Source of the DNA: Eledone cirrhosa | Lineage: Eukaryota | Length of the DNA stretch: 64,000 bases | Assembly (NCBI GenBank): GCA_964016885.1 | Contig: OZ024748.1 | Location: forward strand, 50,716,001-50,780,000 | Reading direction: 5' to 3' | Made by a program: the position numbers and the translations under genes | Shown here: one piece after another, positions 29,736-46,714 of the stretch | How positions within the stretch are numbered: the stretch's first letter is position 1 | Layout of the letters: each line of letters starts with the position of its first letter | Notes under the pieces: model-generated | Database searches by the model: none | The model's input: only the letters and a program-made list of their open reading frames with translations | What the model was told of the DNA's origin: nothing

Positions 29736-30039
29736 TATATAAGTATGAGTACATGTATGTATGTATGTATGTATGTACGTATAAATGTAAATATATACAT
29801 GTATGTATATTTTTAGGTAAATATGTATTCATGTATGTATATGTATCTATACGTACATGTAGGTATGTATATATGTATGTATATGTATCTACGTATATGT
29901 ATGCATTTACCTATGTATACATTATTGTTATTCAGCCTTGTTGCAGTTGTTGTTGTTGTTGTTATTAATTTTGCCAAAAATACATAAAGACAAGGAAAAT
30001 TAAGAGATAATGCGAAATTATTATATTTAATATTATCAT

Positions 30040-30228
30040 CGTTGTTGTTGTTGATGATCTTGTTGTTGTTGTTGTTATTTTTGGAGTTGATGTTGTTGAT
30101 GTTGTTCTTGTTGTTCTTGTTGTTTTGTTGCTGTTCTTGTTGTTGCTGTTTTTGTTGTTGTTCTTGTTGTTGTTTTTGTTTTTGTTGTTGGTGCTGTTCT
30201 TCTGTTACTTCTTTTATTTCTTCTATTT

Positions 30229-30284
<56 letters not shown>

Positions 30285-30685
30285 AGTTGTTGTTGTTCTT
30301 CTTCTTCTTCTTCTTCTTCTTCTTCTTCTTCTTCTTCTTCTTCTTCTTCTTCTTCTTCTTCTTCTTCTTCTTCTTCCTGTTCTTCCTTCCTATGTTGGTT
30401 TCATTATCACAGTTGTATTAGGTGTTATTATCGGTGTTATCATGGCAGTGTTGTTATTAGTGTTATGGCGGTGTTGTTATTAGTGTTATCATGGCAGTGT
30501 TGTTATTAGTGTTATGGCGGTGTTGTTATTAGTGTTATCATGGCAGTGTTGTTATTAGTGTTATGGCGGTGTTGTTATTAGTGTTATGGCGATGTTATTA
30601 TTGGTGTTATGGCGGTGTTGTTATTAGTGCTATGGCAGTGTTGTTATTAATGTTATGGCGGTGTTGTTATGGCGGTGTTGTTATC
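30040..30685. repeat. (GTT)n, (CTT)n and a ~21-24-bp minisatellite (gtgttgttattagtgttatggcg)
   Basis: Directly visible. Confidence 0.9.
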
Positions 30686-30762
30686 ATTAACGTTATTGAT
30701 AGTCTGATTATTATATCATTTTTCAAATTTGATATCATAATTATAGTACATAGACAAACAAC

Positions 30763-30853
<91 letters not shown>

Positions 30854-31011
30854 TTGTGTGTGTGCGTGTGTGTGTATATATGAATATACATATATACATA
30901 TATATATGTATGTATATATATATATATAAATGTATATTTATATATATATATATATACATCACATATGTATACATTTATATGTAAATATATATATATATAC
31001 ATATATACATG

Positions 31012-31098
<87 letters not shown>

Positions 31099-31408
31099 AT
31101 ATATATACACATACACACACACAAACGCACATATATATATATATATATCTGTATATAAATATATATACGTGTATATCTGTGTGTATATGTCCTCTCCACA
31201 CTCAACAGAGACTGTATATATAGAGAGATAGCGCCTCGACCGTATGAATGGCCGCAAAGTGTAGGTTTAGTCGTGGCGGGAGAGCTGTTTCTAGTCACGT
31301 TTTACCTAATTTGTGTCTTTTAATTAAGCTGATTTCCAAATGACAGATAATTGTATGTTACCATCATAATAATAATCAGTGAGAATCATAATAATGATTG
31401 CTTGATTT

Positions 31409-32042
<634 letters not shown>

Positions 32043-32344
32043 CATTGTCACATCCTAGCACTTACACACCCATTCATAAATGTAGTCGCATACGTGGATA
32101 TATGGCATTCCTGACATACACATATACTAAGAATGATAACCGCATACTTGGACACAGAGAAACACTGATAAACTTACTAATACGTATGACCACGTACACA
32201 GATACATTCAAACACACACATATTCTGGTGCTTATAAACACATACATGGATATATACAAACCTACACACACATACTAGTGCTTATAAACACATACGAACA
32301 CACACAAACACACACACACACACATATATATTTACATAGGGACT

Positions 32345-33235
32345 GGTGGTGGTGGTGATGGTGGTGGTAGTGGTGGTTATGGTAGTGGTGGTGGTGGTGA
32401 TGGTGGTGGTGGTGGTGGTGGTGGTGGTGGTGGTGGTGGTGGTGGTGGTGGTGGTGGTGGTGGTGATGGTGGTGGTGGTGGCGACTGGTGTTTGTAATAA
32501 TGATGGCGGTGCATTGATGTTGTTGATGTGAGTTGTGGCGATGTAGTTGTTATTGCTTTTATTGTATTGGTGGTGGCGGTGTTGGTGGTGATAGAGGCAT
32601 CGGTGTTGTTGTTGTTGTTGTTGTTGTTGTTGGTGATGGTGGTGGTGGTGGGACTGGTGTCAGTGGTGCCAGCGGCGGTGATGTTGTTGTTGTTGTTGTT
32701 GTCGTTGGTGGTGGTGTTGGTAGTGGTGGTGGTGGTAGCGCTGGTATTGGTGGTGCCAGTGGCGGTGATGTTGTTGTTGTCGTTGGTGGTGGTGGGACTG
32801 GTGTTAGTGGTGCCAGCGGCGGTGATGTTGTTGTTGTCGTTGGTGGTGTTGGTAGTGGTGGTGGTGGTGGTGGTGGTGGTGGTGGTGGTGGTGGTGGTGG
32901 TGGTGGTGGTGGTGGTGGCAGTGTTGTTAGTGGTGCCAGTGGCAGTGATGTTGTTGTTGTCGTTGGTGGTGGTGGTGTTGGTGGGACTGGTAGTGGTGGT
33001 AGCGCTGGTATTGGTGGTGCCAGTGGTGGTGATGTTGTTGTTGTTGTCGTTGGTGGTGTTGGTGGTGGTGGTGTTGGTGGTTGTGGTGTTAGTGGTGCCA
33101 GCGGCGGTGATGTTGTTGTTGTTGTCGTTGTTGTCGTTGGTGGTGATGGTGGTGGTGGTGGTGGTGGTGGTGTCGCTGGTATTGGTGGTGCCAGTGGCGG
33201 TGTTGTTGTTGTTGTTGTTGTTGTTACTGTTGCCG
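32345..33235. repeat. (GGT)n/(GTT)n compound minisatellite
   Basis: Recurrent gtggtgccagcggcggtgatgttgttgttgtcgttggtggt units. Confidence 0.9.
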
Positions 33236-33570
33236 ATGCCACAACCTACATTACCTATCAATCATCATCAGCATCACAGTCTTAATTACCTTCAGCAGCA
33301 CTATCAACGCCATCGCCAACATCATTAAAACAATACTTCTCTTTATCACCCTCAGCATTAGAATCCTTATTATCATCACAATCATTATTATATTATTTAT
33401 TATTATTATCCCCATCCTCGCTTCTATCATAATTATTAATCTTAATCATCATGTAGATTGTCACTAGCAACATTATTATGATAACTGAACCCCTCCCCCT
33501 CCCCACCAGCCTCATCCTTCTCATCATCTTTATCATCATCGTTATTATCATCATTATATTACGTCCCTTT

Positions 33571-33765
33571 AGGGCGGTGAATTGGCAGTATCGGTAGAGG
33601 GTTGGACGCCATGCTTTCTAGCATAGTTACGTCCCTTTACGGTCTGAGTTCAAATCCCGCCGAGGTTAACTTTGCCTTTCATCCTTACGGGGGTCGATAA
33701 AATAAAGTACCAGTAATGTACTGGAATAATTGCTGGCCTTGTGCCAAAAAGTAGAAACAATTATT
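33571..33765 (+). mobile_element. SINE family 1, full-length copy
   Basis: Matches 8063-8252. Confidence 0.85.
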
Positions 33766-33825
33766 ATCATCATTATCTTCATCATGATAATCATACTATT
33801 TCTCATTCATAAGACTATCTGCTAC

Positions 33826-33911
<86 letters not shown>

Positions 33912-33970
33912 ATGCACTCAGTGATACAGTTTATGTCTTCTTCGTGTCAACACTTTGTGGTTAAGAAAAA

Positions 33971-34245
33971 ATAATTGTTTCTGCTTTAGGCACAAGGCCA
34001 GCAAATACCCAGTGCATTACTGGTACTTTATTTTATCGACCCCGTAAGGATGAAAGGCAAAGTTAACCTCGGAGGGTGGTTAAGAAAAAATAATGGCTTC
34101 TAATTTAGGATCTAGGCCAACAATTTTGAGGGAGGAAAAGTCTATCCCACTGCGTTACTGGTACTTATTTTATCGACCCCTTAAAGATAAAAGGCAAACT
34201 TAACCTCGGCGGTATTTGAAATCAGAACATAGCGGGTCGTAAATC
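33971..34245 (-). mobile_element. Two adjacent partial SINE family 1 copies
   Basis: Central domain ctggtacttt..ttatcgacccc..aaaggcaaa..taacctcgg appears at ~34020 and ~34160. Confidence 0.75.
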
Positions 34246-34429
34246 TCTATCACGGAGCATGGTACCTGACGTTCTAATAATAGGATACGTCGGAGAACAC
34301 ATTATTATAAAGCAGGAAGGTTTGAAATGATTGAGTCTTTTGATGGCAAAATACTTCAGTCTATGACATGTGATATTGGCTATACATTTGTAGGCAGTTA
34401 CGGTTAACAATTGTGACAATTGTGGGATG

Positions 34430-35095
34430 AACAAGTCTTAAACACGAGGATATGGACAGATTAACACAAAAAAATGCTGAGGGTAAAATGTGTAATACGT
34501 AGAAAAACAAATGTTTTTGCGATTGTACATGCCTAGAAAACGGGTTGATGGGGGGTATTGTTAGAATAGAGAAATATGTGTCAAGTAAATGTAGATCAAT
34601 GCATATAAAGGTTGCCAGTAGTGAGGAAAATCACCTGGATTATGTTCCAAATGAGGCTGAACTATCAAAAGACAGTATTGAGAGCTGGAGTGATTAAAAA
34701 TGGTGAAACATAAAGAAAAACTGAAAGAAAGGAAGCGTTGCTTTTGTATGGCGCGTTTGAGAGTGACACTAAGAAAGTAAAGACAAACAAATCATGGGAT
34801 TGGCTAACTAAATGGAATTTGGAGCGGGAAACGGAAGGTTTGCTCATGGCTGCCCCAGAAGAGGCTCTAAACACAAACTTAATACATCATAAGATTTACA
34901 ATAAGGTAGATTCAGAGAAGTGTAGGATATGTGGTGAAGGAGTGGAAACAGCCATGCAGTGTTAGTGCCTGCATACTGTTTGTGCAAAAAGATTACAAAA
35001 GGTGTAACCACAATATTTGCAAACTGTTCACGGGTGCTTAAGGCAAATGTACAGCTTTGTAACTATAAAAGAAATTACCATAGAAAACTAGAATA
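34430..35095 (+). pseudogene. Decayed R4/NeSL-type LINE (post-RT region and CCHC knuckle)
   Basis: LYMPRK..GG, SWDWLTKWNLERETEGLLMAAPEEALNTN, KCRICGEGVET and QKDYKR..HN; several stops and frameshifts. Confidence 0.8.
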
Positions 35096-36715
35096 AGTGA
35101 TTCAGGATGCCCTAGTCGCCTGCAAGAGATTCGGATGGTCTGCCCTACGAGCTTTACGAAGACATGCCAAACTTGTTCTCCGATTTCCTCGATGGGCTCT
35201 ACTGCAAATAGCAGCAGAACGATATTATTCCCAGTTCTATGGGCCGGGGCGTAGTGAATCTGATGGGGAAAGGCGAGAACACGAGGGATATGTCAGAAAA
35301 CTTCAGGCCTATAACTCTGCTAATCACAGAGTTTAAGATTTTGGACAAGGTGTTATTGTGAGGTTGGCGCTTGTCAACGAAGATTTTCTAGGTGATACGC
35401 ACCTCATGTGATACATTATAGAAAGGGAAGGATGTAAACATTACTGCGGTGGGGCTCTGATCAACTTAGATCAATCAAAATCTTTCGATAGGGTCAAACA
35501 TTGATACCTGGAAGCAGTCCTCAATGAAGCTGGCTTCGGTCCCGTCTTCAGAGGCTGGATCGTTACAATGCACAGCGACATTTGCTCGACAAATTGGAAT
35601 GGCTCATCCTCCACTTCTTGTGGAGAGGAAAAGTTTTGTTGGTGAGGTGATCATTTTGTACTCAAATGACTAGGCATGCCGTGGCTAACGAGGAGTAAAC
35701 ATGGGCAGAGAATGCGGCATCTCTAGATTTTCTTCCTAAACGGTGAACAAGTATGATTGTCCTTTGTATCCATGCCTTTCTGCAGATCATCTTTGACTGA
35801 GGTCGCGTCTGGCATTTGGAATATTGCCAGGCGCTCACTGCCCACTAACAAGCGGACAATGCAGTCAGTGGAACTTCTATAAACAATCAGTGGTGGGCCA
35901 AGTGCGACAACCCACTCCGAGAGGTTCATCGATGAAATAGAACTGACCAGTATGTTCCGAAAGGCATTCAAGCCGGGGACTATGGATAACTTCCCGAAAT
36001 CCCTCGCTTGGCTTTTCTACCGAGGGAGTGTGCCGGTTCCAGATAAACTCTACAGGCACGGAAGTGTTGTCAAACGGACCTGCCCGAGATACGCGCAGAG
36101 CAACGAAACCGTTCTGCACGCACGCGTTCAGTGTCAGTGCATTACTGACTTGTGTAGTTATGTCGAACAGTTGTTGTCGCGTGTAGGACGTATTCTCCTA
36201 TCCACCGGGTCCATAAGGAAGATCACCCCGTCACCTTCTTTTGGCTGGGAAGGGCAGGCAGTTTTCCTCTGTCTGGTTGTGAAGGAGGTTGTGTGGTGAA
36301 GCAGGTTGAAAGGATCGAAGACCAATCCCTCATAAATCATTTCATGTTTCACTTGGAAAGGAAAGCGAGGGTGGAGAGAGTAGTGTTGCACCCCAGTACG
36401 TTTGCTAAAAGGTGGGTGAATGTTCCGAGTATAGCCTGCTTTGAGCATGGGACTGTTAGCTTGTTTATTTGAGGGGGAAAGATCTGCCATTCCCGGGTGC
36501 TCTCGAAACGTCGGGTGGTTCAGAATTGGTGGGCCAGCTTAATCGAACCTCGGTGATTCTCTCCCTATTGGGGATTTTTCTTTGCTGTAATTATTATTGT
36601 TAATTGTTTTTGTTAACTTGTTTTGCTACATTTTATTGTAAACCCCCACTGCCCCTGTCTTTATGTAGTATCCCACGGATTTAGGCTTTAGTGACCAATA
36701 CAGAAATTATAATTT
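35096..36715 (+). pseudogene. Decayed L1/Tx1-clade LINE, 3' portion
   Basis: ALINLDQSKSFDRVKH*YLEAVLNEAGFG (RT) at ~35455-35540, and C-terminal LAWLFYRGSVPVPDKL..TCPRY...ETVLHARVQC; internally deleted, with an AT-rich tail. Confidence 0.8.
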
Positions 36716-36954
36716 TTACTATTATTATTGTTATTATCATTATATAATATGTAGATTGAGGTGTTGCGACGGGAGGCCACCGCAGGTATTCAATACATGG
36801 ATAGAGTGGTGTGAATTTTTATTTATATAGGATTGACTTCTACACAACTAGAACTGTTTCATTCGGACATTCCTGATGATTGCATTATGAGTTAAACAGG
36901 CCCATTCCAGTAGAGGTCATATCTATATAAAATAACACACACACACACACGCAG

Positions 36955-37035
<81 letters not shown>

Positions 37036-37051
37036 CATATATATATATAGT

Positions 37052-37140
37052 AATAATAAGAAGACCAAAATCCGAAGAGGGCTCGATAAAAAGGGTAAAA
37101 GCAGCGATTCTTTGCTTAAAATTTAATCTGTTTTTATAAC
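37052..37140 (-). mobile_element. Family D remnant: tail joined to an inverted HHR half
   Basis: 37052-37090 is the reverse complement of 19640-19688; 37092-37135 matches 2660-2700. Confidence 0.7.
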
Positions 37141-37157
37141 ATATATATATATATATA

Positions 37158-37721
<564 letters not shown>

Positions 37722-38011
37722 TATATATGTATCCTAGGAAATCACCAAATTATCAGAATACACACATACATCAACATCAGAGATTCTTAACATACTTCAA
37801 ATATATTATTCCTCGGAGAAGACACCATCTGTTAATATAAATTGAAACTCAGTAAATATAAAGGTCTGAAATCTTAGAAGATGAAACTTCCAATAACCAC
37901 CATATCTTGAACATTTTCTCATAACATATATATGTACGTATATATGTATACATATGCATAGTTATATATATATATATAATTATATATATATATATATATA
38001 TATAAAATATT

Positions 38012-38044
<33 letters not shown>

Positions 38045-38598
38045 ATATATGCCTGTGTGTGTGTGTTTGTGACATAGTATGTATACATTTGTATATACAT
38101 ATGCAGGAACCATTTGTTTTTCATCGGACAATCGCAAACGCAATAAAATAAAAGAAATGAGAAGAATCGATACACAATCAATAAATCTGTTGAAGGGTGT
38201 ACTGTGCATTTTTGATATTTGGAAATGTGTATGTGATAAAATTAATCACATATATCTAGTTAGACTTTTCAAAGCCTACAATCAAATTGAAAGGAATGAA
38301 AACGGTAAATAAATATTGGTTTAACGACATATTAATAATATCCTTGTTGGGTAATGGTACTCAGTCGGTTACAATCTACACTCTCTCTGTGTCACACAGA
38401 CCTCTCATAAAAACCTGGTCCTTTGTGACTCACTGGCTAAAGTTTGTCTATATTTCTTCCAACTCATCGAAAGGTGAGTTACGCCTTATCGTATCTAAAC
38501 ATACACCTATAAAGAAACACATACGGATGTAATTGTGTGTCTATATATATATGTACGTATATATACACATACATACATATATATACATGTTTGTCTGA

Positions 38599-38745
<147 letters not shown>

Positions 38746-38766
38746 TATGTATATATAGATATATAT

Positions 38767-38811
38767 AATATTTGAAATCGAAATCTATATGGATGTATAT
38801 AAGCATGTACG

Positions 38812-38850
<39 letters not shown>

Positions 38851-38960
38851 TTGCATAATATATATATATATGTATATATATATGTATGTATATATATATG
38901 TATGTATTTACATATATATATATATATATAAATATATATATGTATATATATATGTACATA

Positions 38961-38993
<33 letters not shown>

Positions 38994-39009
38994 GTACATA
39001 TATATATAT

Positions 39010-39072
<63 letters not shown>

Positions 39073-39130
39073 GCATATATACATACGTACATGCATATAT
39101 ACATCCATATAGATTTCGATTTCAAATATT
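38767..39130. repeat. ~55-bp inverted repeat flanking a degenerate (TA)n
   Basis: aatatttgaaatcgaaatctatatggatgtatat (38768) is mirrored at 39097-39130. Confidence 0.85.
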
Positions 39131-39370
39131 TTCATCAATCATTTCTCAGCCCAAAAGAAACAATTCATTTGGAATGAAGGACAACATAGAAATCATCATT
39201 TTCGTTCAAAATGAATATCATTTGCTTTCCTTCATATCTTCTCAAAGAAATGTGTCTCCATACACGCACAAAAACATACATACGTACTTGTGTATATGTG
39301 TAGGTATCTCTGTGCGTATTCTTGTATATATACATATATATATATGTATATATATGTATATATATGTATA

Positions 39371-39452
<82 letters not shown>

Positions 39453-40098
39453 ATGATGTATGTATAGTTTTTAATTATTTGCCCTTTGTTTTAACTGTAT
39501 TGGTTTTTCGAACACATATCAAAAGCAATACTATTCATTCTGACACGTCTATCAGTACCGTAAAGACAAAACAGCCGTTCTCCATTAAATGGTCACGGAT
39601 TTGTGTGTTTATCTATCACGATTTTCCTTTGCTTTCAAACGGAAAATGAAATGAGAAAACGAGATATTTTCTAAGATGGACGTCAAATCCTTTATAAACC
39701 GCTCGATTGAATTTTTGTTGTTTGTGCTCGGGATAAGATTTATAATTCCACTTTAAGCAATAAATCTCGAAAGTTTTCCATGTTTCGTAATTGTATATTT
39801 ACCAAAGAGCCATTAGATTAGAATTGCAATTATTTATACAAAAGTATCTAATGTGTAAAGATAGTTTATAAAATCTGTCCAGAGATTACATAGATTTTAC
39901 GAGCGAAACCAACCGGCGGGAGACTGAGGTGCAGACCCCATACAAGTTAGTTGGATATCGCTTACGGATACGACCGGTTCAATAGGAGAAGTTTCTTTGC
40001 GACAGGAACCACTGAAAGGCGTGTTTGATGAAAATTAATATGAGGAAAAATTCTTTGCCGGGTTGTAATCATTTATTTACTGTTTACACACAGGCGTA

Positions 40099-40146
<48 letters not shown>

Positions 40147-40169
40147 TATATATAGCAGTAGGCTTGCAA

Positions 40170-40400
40170 TCGGACCGGGTGTTGTGTTGTTTCCTTGAGC
40201 AAGACACTTTATTTCACGTTGCTCCAGTTTACTCAGCTGAAAATTAGTACCAGCAATAGCTGGAGGTTTAATCCTGCGATGGACTGGCTTCCTGTCCAGG
40301 GGAGGGGGGGATCTTGTACTCTCAGTCGCTTCTCGCCATATGAACCGGGATAAGCACCGGGCAAATGAGCCTTCTGGGTTAAGACAGACTTTAGACTTAC
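40170..40400 (+). mobile_element. SINE family 2 copy, 5'-truncated
   Basis: Matches 19815-20015. Confidence 0.75.
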
Positions 40401-40623
40401 GGTCTGCCCGCCCACTCAGTGGGATGGCGTCATCATATGGCTAAAACAGCACGTGCTTTGATCAGCGACGCCGAATGGCGCCCGACAGACTGGTCGGTCA
40501 ATATATATATATATATATTTATTTATTTATATATATAACAAATATGTATGTTTTAGTAGCCTTTAGAACCCTCTAAGAAATGGAAAAAGATGAGTATTGA
40601 CGTCATATATATATATATATATA

Positions 40624-41627
<1,004 letters not shown>

Positions 41628-41831
41628 ACTGAAATGACAGGAGGCCAAATAAGTTGAATTTTTCATTAATTAATTATTCCTCCAAATACTATGCATATTT
41701 CAGTGGCCATATTTTTGGCCAAGAGATGTACGAAGCAGCATGTTTGTTACAATGCTTCGCCGTCATATTAGGTGATGGTTAACATTGCAGAATGACCAGT
41801 TCTACCTAGTGGTAAACCACAAAATTTAAAC

Positions 41832-41901
<70 letters not shown>

Positions 41902-41905
41902 GTAT

Positions 41906-42039
<134 letters not shown>

Positions 42040-42095
42040 ATATATGTTGATTTAAAACTGCACTATCAACAAGTGTTTTTTAGCCTTCATATCAT

Positions 42096-42181
42096 GTTCT
42101 CCTGTTTTATCTGATGAAAACACAAATATTATTGCTTGATGATGTTTGTTTTTGAAATGCGCATAATAAAATATATGGAAC
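42096..42181 (+). ncRNA. Canonical minimal type I hammerhead ribozyme
   Basis: tgttttat-CTGATGA(42111)-stem II acaaatattat/atgatgtttgt-GAAAT-GCGC-ATA(42163-42165)-ataaaata; lies in a ~170-bp insert within (TA)n. Confidence 0.85.
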
Positions 42182-42203
42182 TCCTTTAACCATCTTTTGA
42201 TCT

Positions 42204-42260
<57 letters not shown>

Positions 42261-42951
42261 ACAAAAGAATCAAAGCTATGTTAGAACATTGACAATTGTT
42301 TCTTTCAAGCCTAGGCTTGGAGTCTTCGGAGCATTATTAATAATGTTTTTACATATAATCAGCCTCCTATTCTGCTGAAGAGTCATACAGATACATATTA
42401 TGGACAACAGTGTGTGATGGGTCAGGTTCAAAATTACAATTAAAAGCTTTTGGTGGAGCATGTGACAGATAATACAAGAGCGTCTAGTACATAAATAAAA
42501 TTAAAGAGACAGTACGTGCGTTTGTCATACATAAAGCAATTGAACAGGCAAAAGTATCAAGCATATATGAATGCTGGGTGTTGCATAAACAATACAAGCA
42601 GATAAAGCAGGTGTGTTAATATATTATGGTGGTTGCAATGCTGAGATATTTTCAGTGTAGATCGAATATGTGTGTGTGTATAATAAGAAAGTTCCAGGTA
42701 TCACATCCATTACATATGTCACGATGTATTTGTGTTGAGTGTTTGTTATAGTATTGGCTTGTAATGTAAAGTAACTTAGTGTTATTTAGTCTGTACCGTA
42801 TACTACATTTGTATAGCTGGGAGAATTTTCTACTGTTTAATACCCAGAAGTGGGAATAGAAGTAAGGGGAGCTAATGCGTAAGGAGAGGTAACTAACTCA
42901 TTTTAATAATAATGAATTGTTCTAAGGGACTTTATATAGTGTTATAATATG

Positions 42952-43023
<72 letters not shown>

Positions 43024-43024
43024 T

Positions 43025-43125
<101 letters not shown>

Positions 43126-43444
43126 TATAATAAAATGTGGACAAGGTACACACGAGTTGGAATATATATATAGGGAGGAAAAAAACGATTATTAGGAAGA
43201 AATATATACTTTTTCCCGTTGTTTTTTTTCCTTTTTTCTGGGTTAGAAAATGTTTAAAACAAATTATTTTACTTTGTGTGAAGTGTCAAAGTATTAATTA
43301 ATTTATTTATTAATTAACAATAGCATTTATTTATTTATTTATATATTTATTTATTTAATAATTATCTATTACCGGTTTCAGCATTTTATGCATTTTCAAA
43401 TTATGTGAGTGGGAGAGAAAAAAGAAATGTATGAAGCGACTGAG

Positions 43445-43646
43445 AATACAAGACTTCCCTTGGAGAGGACGTCAGTCCATCGGAGCGTTAAAACCCCAGG
43501 TATTGCTGGTACTCATATTCAGCTGAGTATACTGGAGCAACGTAAAATGAAGTGTTTTGCTCAAGAACGCAACATGCAACTCAGGAATAGAACCCATGAC
43601 ATTATGATCGTAAGTCCAACACTCCTACTACTAGGCCACGTGCCTC
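43445..43646 (-). mobile_element. SINE family 2 copy
   Basis: Reverse complement of the head and core of 19748-19920. Confidence 0.7.
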
Positions 43647-43672
43647 TACGTTTGTGTATATATATATACATA

Positions 43673-43718
<46 letters not shown>

Positions 43719-43722
43719 CATA

Positions 43723-43877
<155 letters not shown>

Positions 43878-43897
43878 CTTCTTACACTTCCCAAAGA

Positions 43898-43960
<63 letters not shown>

Positions 43961-44407
43961 ATCTATGTATATATATATATATATATATATGGAGAGAGGG
44001 TAGCCCTGATGTATATCCTGCAACTCGATGTCAGACAAAGATGTTGACATATTCTTTACAGATACCTTTCACCGCCGTTGATTAGAGAGTGGGATTGATC
44101 TAATATAAAGCCTTTCTTCAAATAAATATGCTTCAAGCACAGGCTAAACATCTTTCCCCTGTTGCATGAGTATGACTTACCGCAGCCGAAAAATGTTGTT
44201 TCTGTTTTCCTTTCCGCTGCTGCATAGGTAGAAAGGAATTGAAGTCTTTGGGAAGTTTAAGAAGTCATGTCCATGCCACCTATCTGTGAGGGGTTCATCA
44301 AGAGAGAGAGCAATACTCAAAATCGAAATTCAGCCATAATATGTTTGTACGTATCTATAGATATGTATCTATGCATGCATTCATACATATATGTATCTAT
44401 CTATCTA

Positions 44408-44440
<33 letters not shown>

Positions 44441-44445
<5 letters not shown>

Positions 44446-44599
44446 AACGAGTAGGACCCCGACGGCTGAGCTGAAGTCGAAACAGCTTGAGCTCAGCCGT
44501 CGGGGACCTACTCGTTCCTATTACCCACTCTACTACCCTAAGTATTGAGTACTTTGGTGCGTTATGGTCCACCTGGTTCCTTACCACATTTCCTCCGTT
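44441..44599 (+). mobile_element. Family A fold-back mini-copy
   Basis: ataggaacgagtaggaccccgacggctgagct and agctcagccgtcggggacctactcgttcctat, plus the conserved tail; (TA)n flanks. Confidence 0.9.
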
Positions 44600-44603
44600 A
44601 TAT

Positions 44604-44650
<47 letters not shown>

Positions 44651-45267
44651 TATGTGTGTATGTGTGTGTGTGTGTGTGTGTGTCTGTCTGTGTGTTTGTG
44701 AGTGTGTGTGTTTATGTGTATATGTGTCTGTGTGTGTACGTGTGGCGGTGATGGCGTATATACGTATGTTGAAACTACATCAAACAGTCCTTATTGTGGC
44801 TATTTCCAAATCTCTTCTCGTAAATGCTACTGAGATTGTTGTTGTTGATGTCGTTTGTTGTTTTAAGGCAATAGAAATTTTTGAAAAGCATCAAAATACA
44901 AATCAAACGAATAGAAAATGAAATAAAACGTTCGAATTATTTTGACATTAAATTTTATATATACATACAGATTCTTACTCTGATTTTTTTGTTTCGTGTC
45001 TGCAGACAGAGTTAATGTTGCTGCATAATTGAAGACTTCACAATTGTAATGATTTATTTTTTGTCAGTTATTTTCCAGTTGAAGAGGTATATACAATTTT
45101 GTTTAAAAAAGAACATTTAATACACATAATTTCAATTGTCAATATATATATATGTATGTATATATATATACATATATATATATATGAGTGTGTATGTACA
45201 TATTATGTGTATATATGCATATAAATTCATGCACACTTGCATACACACAGACACGCACGCACGCACG

Positions 45268-45314
<47 letters not shown>

Positions 45315-46645
45315 GTGTGCGTGCATGTGTTTATGTGTGTGTGCGTGTGTGTGCATACATACAAAGTGGTAATGAGTCTAGAAGAGCAAGCAAGCAGAAA
45401 GTAACAATAAGGAAACAAAGATTCTAAGAAAAAGAGGTCATATCCCTGTTTTTCACATTTTCACATCAGCCTGATAAACTGAAACCAGTAAAATGAGGTC
45501 AATCACCGACAAGAGACGCAGCGGTCTCCCGTAATATCACACATAATTCAAAAGGGAATAAGGAATAAGATGAAAATCAGATGGAAAAGTAAGCTATGGA
45601 GGCGGACAAAATGTTTAAAAAAAACAAAAACGAACAAAATTTTAAATATTTAAATATCAACGAAAACCGGAACATACGTGTAAACAAAATAACGAAATGA
45701 AAGGAAGAAACAATAAACAAAAAATTTTCGAATTATAATAAACAAATATATATATTTATTTATATTTTGACAGGATCAGGTCAACAAATTTGAAAAAGAT
45801 TTGTTTAAATTCTAAATTACATAAAGAAAACCAAAACACAAAAACACTTATAAGAAAATAACATAAATTAAAGAGTGAAATAAAAGGTGATAAGTCCTTT
45901 ATTTCAATAGGAGCTTTAAATTTTACAAAAATTGGCTGTTATGTTTTAAGAAATCGTTTTAAATATAAAATTCAAATCAAATAAAATGAAATAGAATAAA
46001 ATCATATGAAATAAAATAAAATGCAAGAAAGAAAAGAAGGGAAATAATTTTGTAAAATACAGAGTAGTCAGTGTATTCATTCACAACATAAAATTGTCTT
46101 CTATTTACTGTCACATTTTAATACTGAAAACCTAGAATAAAAATACAAAATGGCGCTTAAACTGCTTCAAACAGACTATAATTGCTTGCATATAGAAAAG
46201 AGCACTCAAATACATTGTATATATCCGCCCTTCCTTATCAAGGCGTTTATTTTGAAATATCAGTTATTTTATTTTATATAATTTTTTTCTTTATATATAT
46301 TTAAATTTTCTGAAAATTTTGTGAATGGATTTCTGTGGATTTTGTTCAGGTTTGTTAAATGTTGTTATTGTTTTCATTCTTCAGTTAGCTAAATAATAAC
46401 GGATTTTCTGTGTCTGTAATGCTATTAAAAACGCATAAATAAATGAATGAATGATTAAATAAATAAATAGATAAATAAATAAACAAATGTACGTGTACAT
46501 TACATTGAATACTTTATTCAAATGTTAAAAACGGAATTGTAGTTTCATAACAGACATGAATCTTCTCGTTGATATAAAGTCACATAAACAATCCTATATA
46601 TATATATATATATAATTATACAATCCTATATATATATATATATAT

Positions 46646-46714
<69 letters not shown>

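Noticed and set aside
32377-33328. Mucin-like, Gly-rich or Pro-rich protein
   Set aside because: It is open in several frames on both strands because it is a GGT/GTT minisatellite, with no splice or domain support.
44181-44283. Minus-strand exon with cacag acceptor and gtaagt donor
   Set aside because: The only open frame gives no recognisable peptide, no partner exons were found, and part of it is echoed as an inverted repeat.
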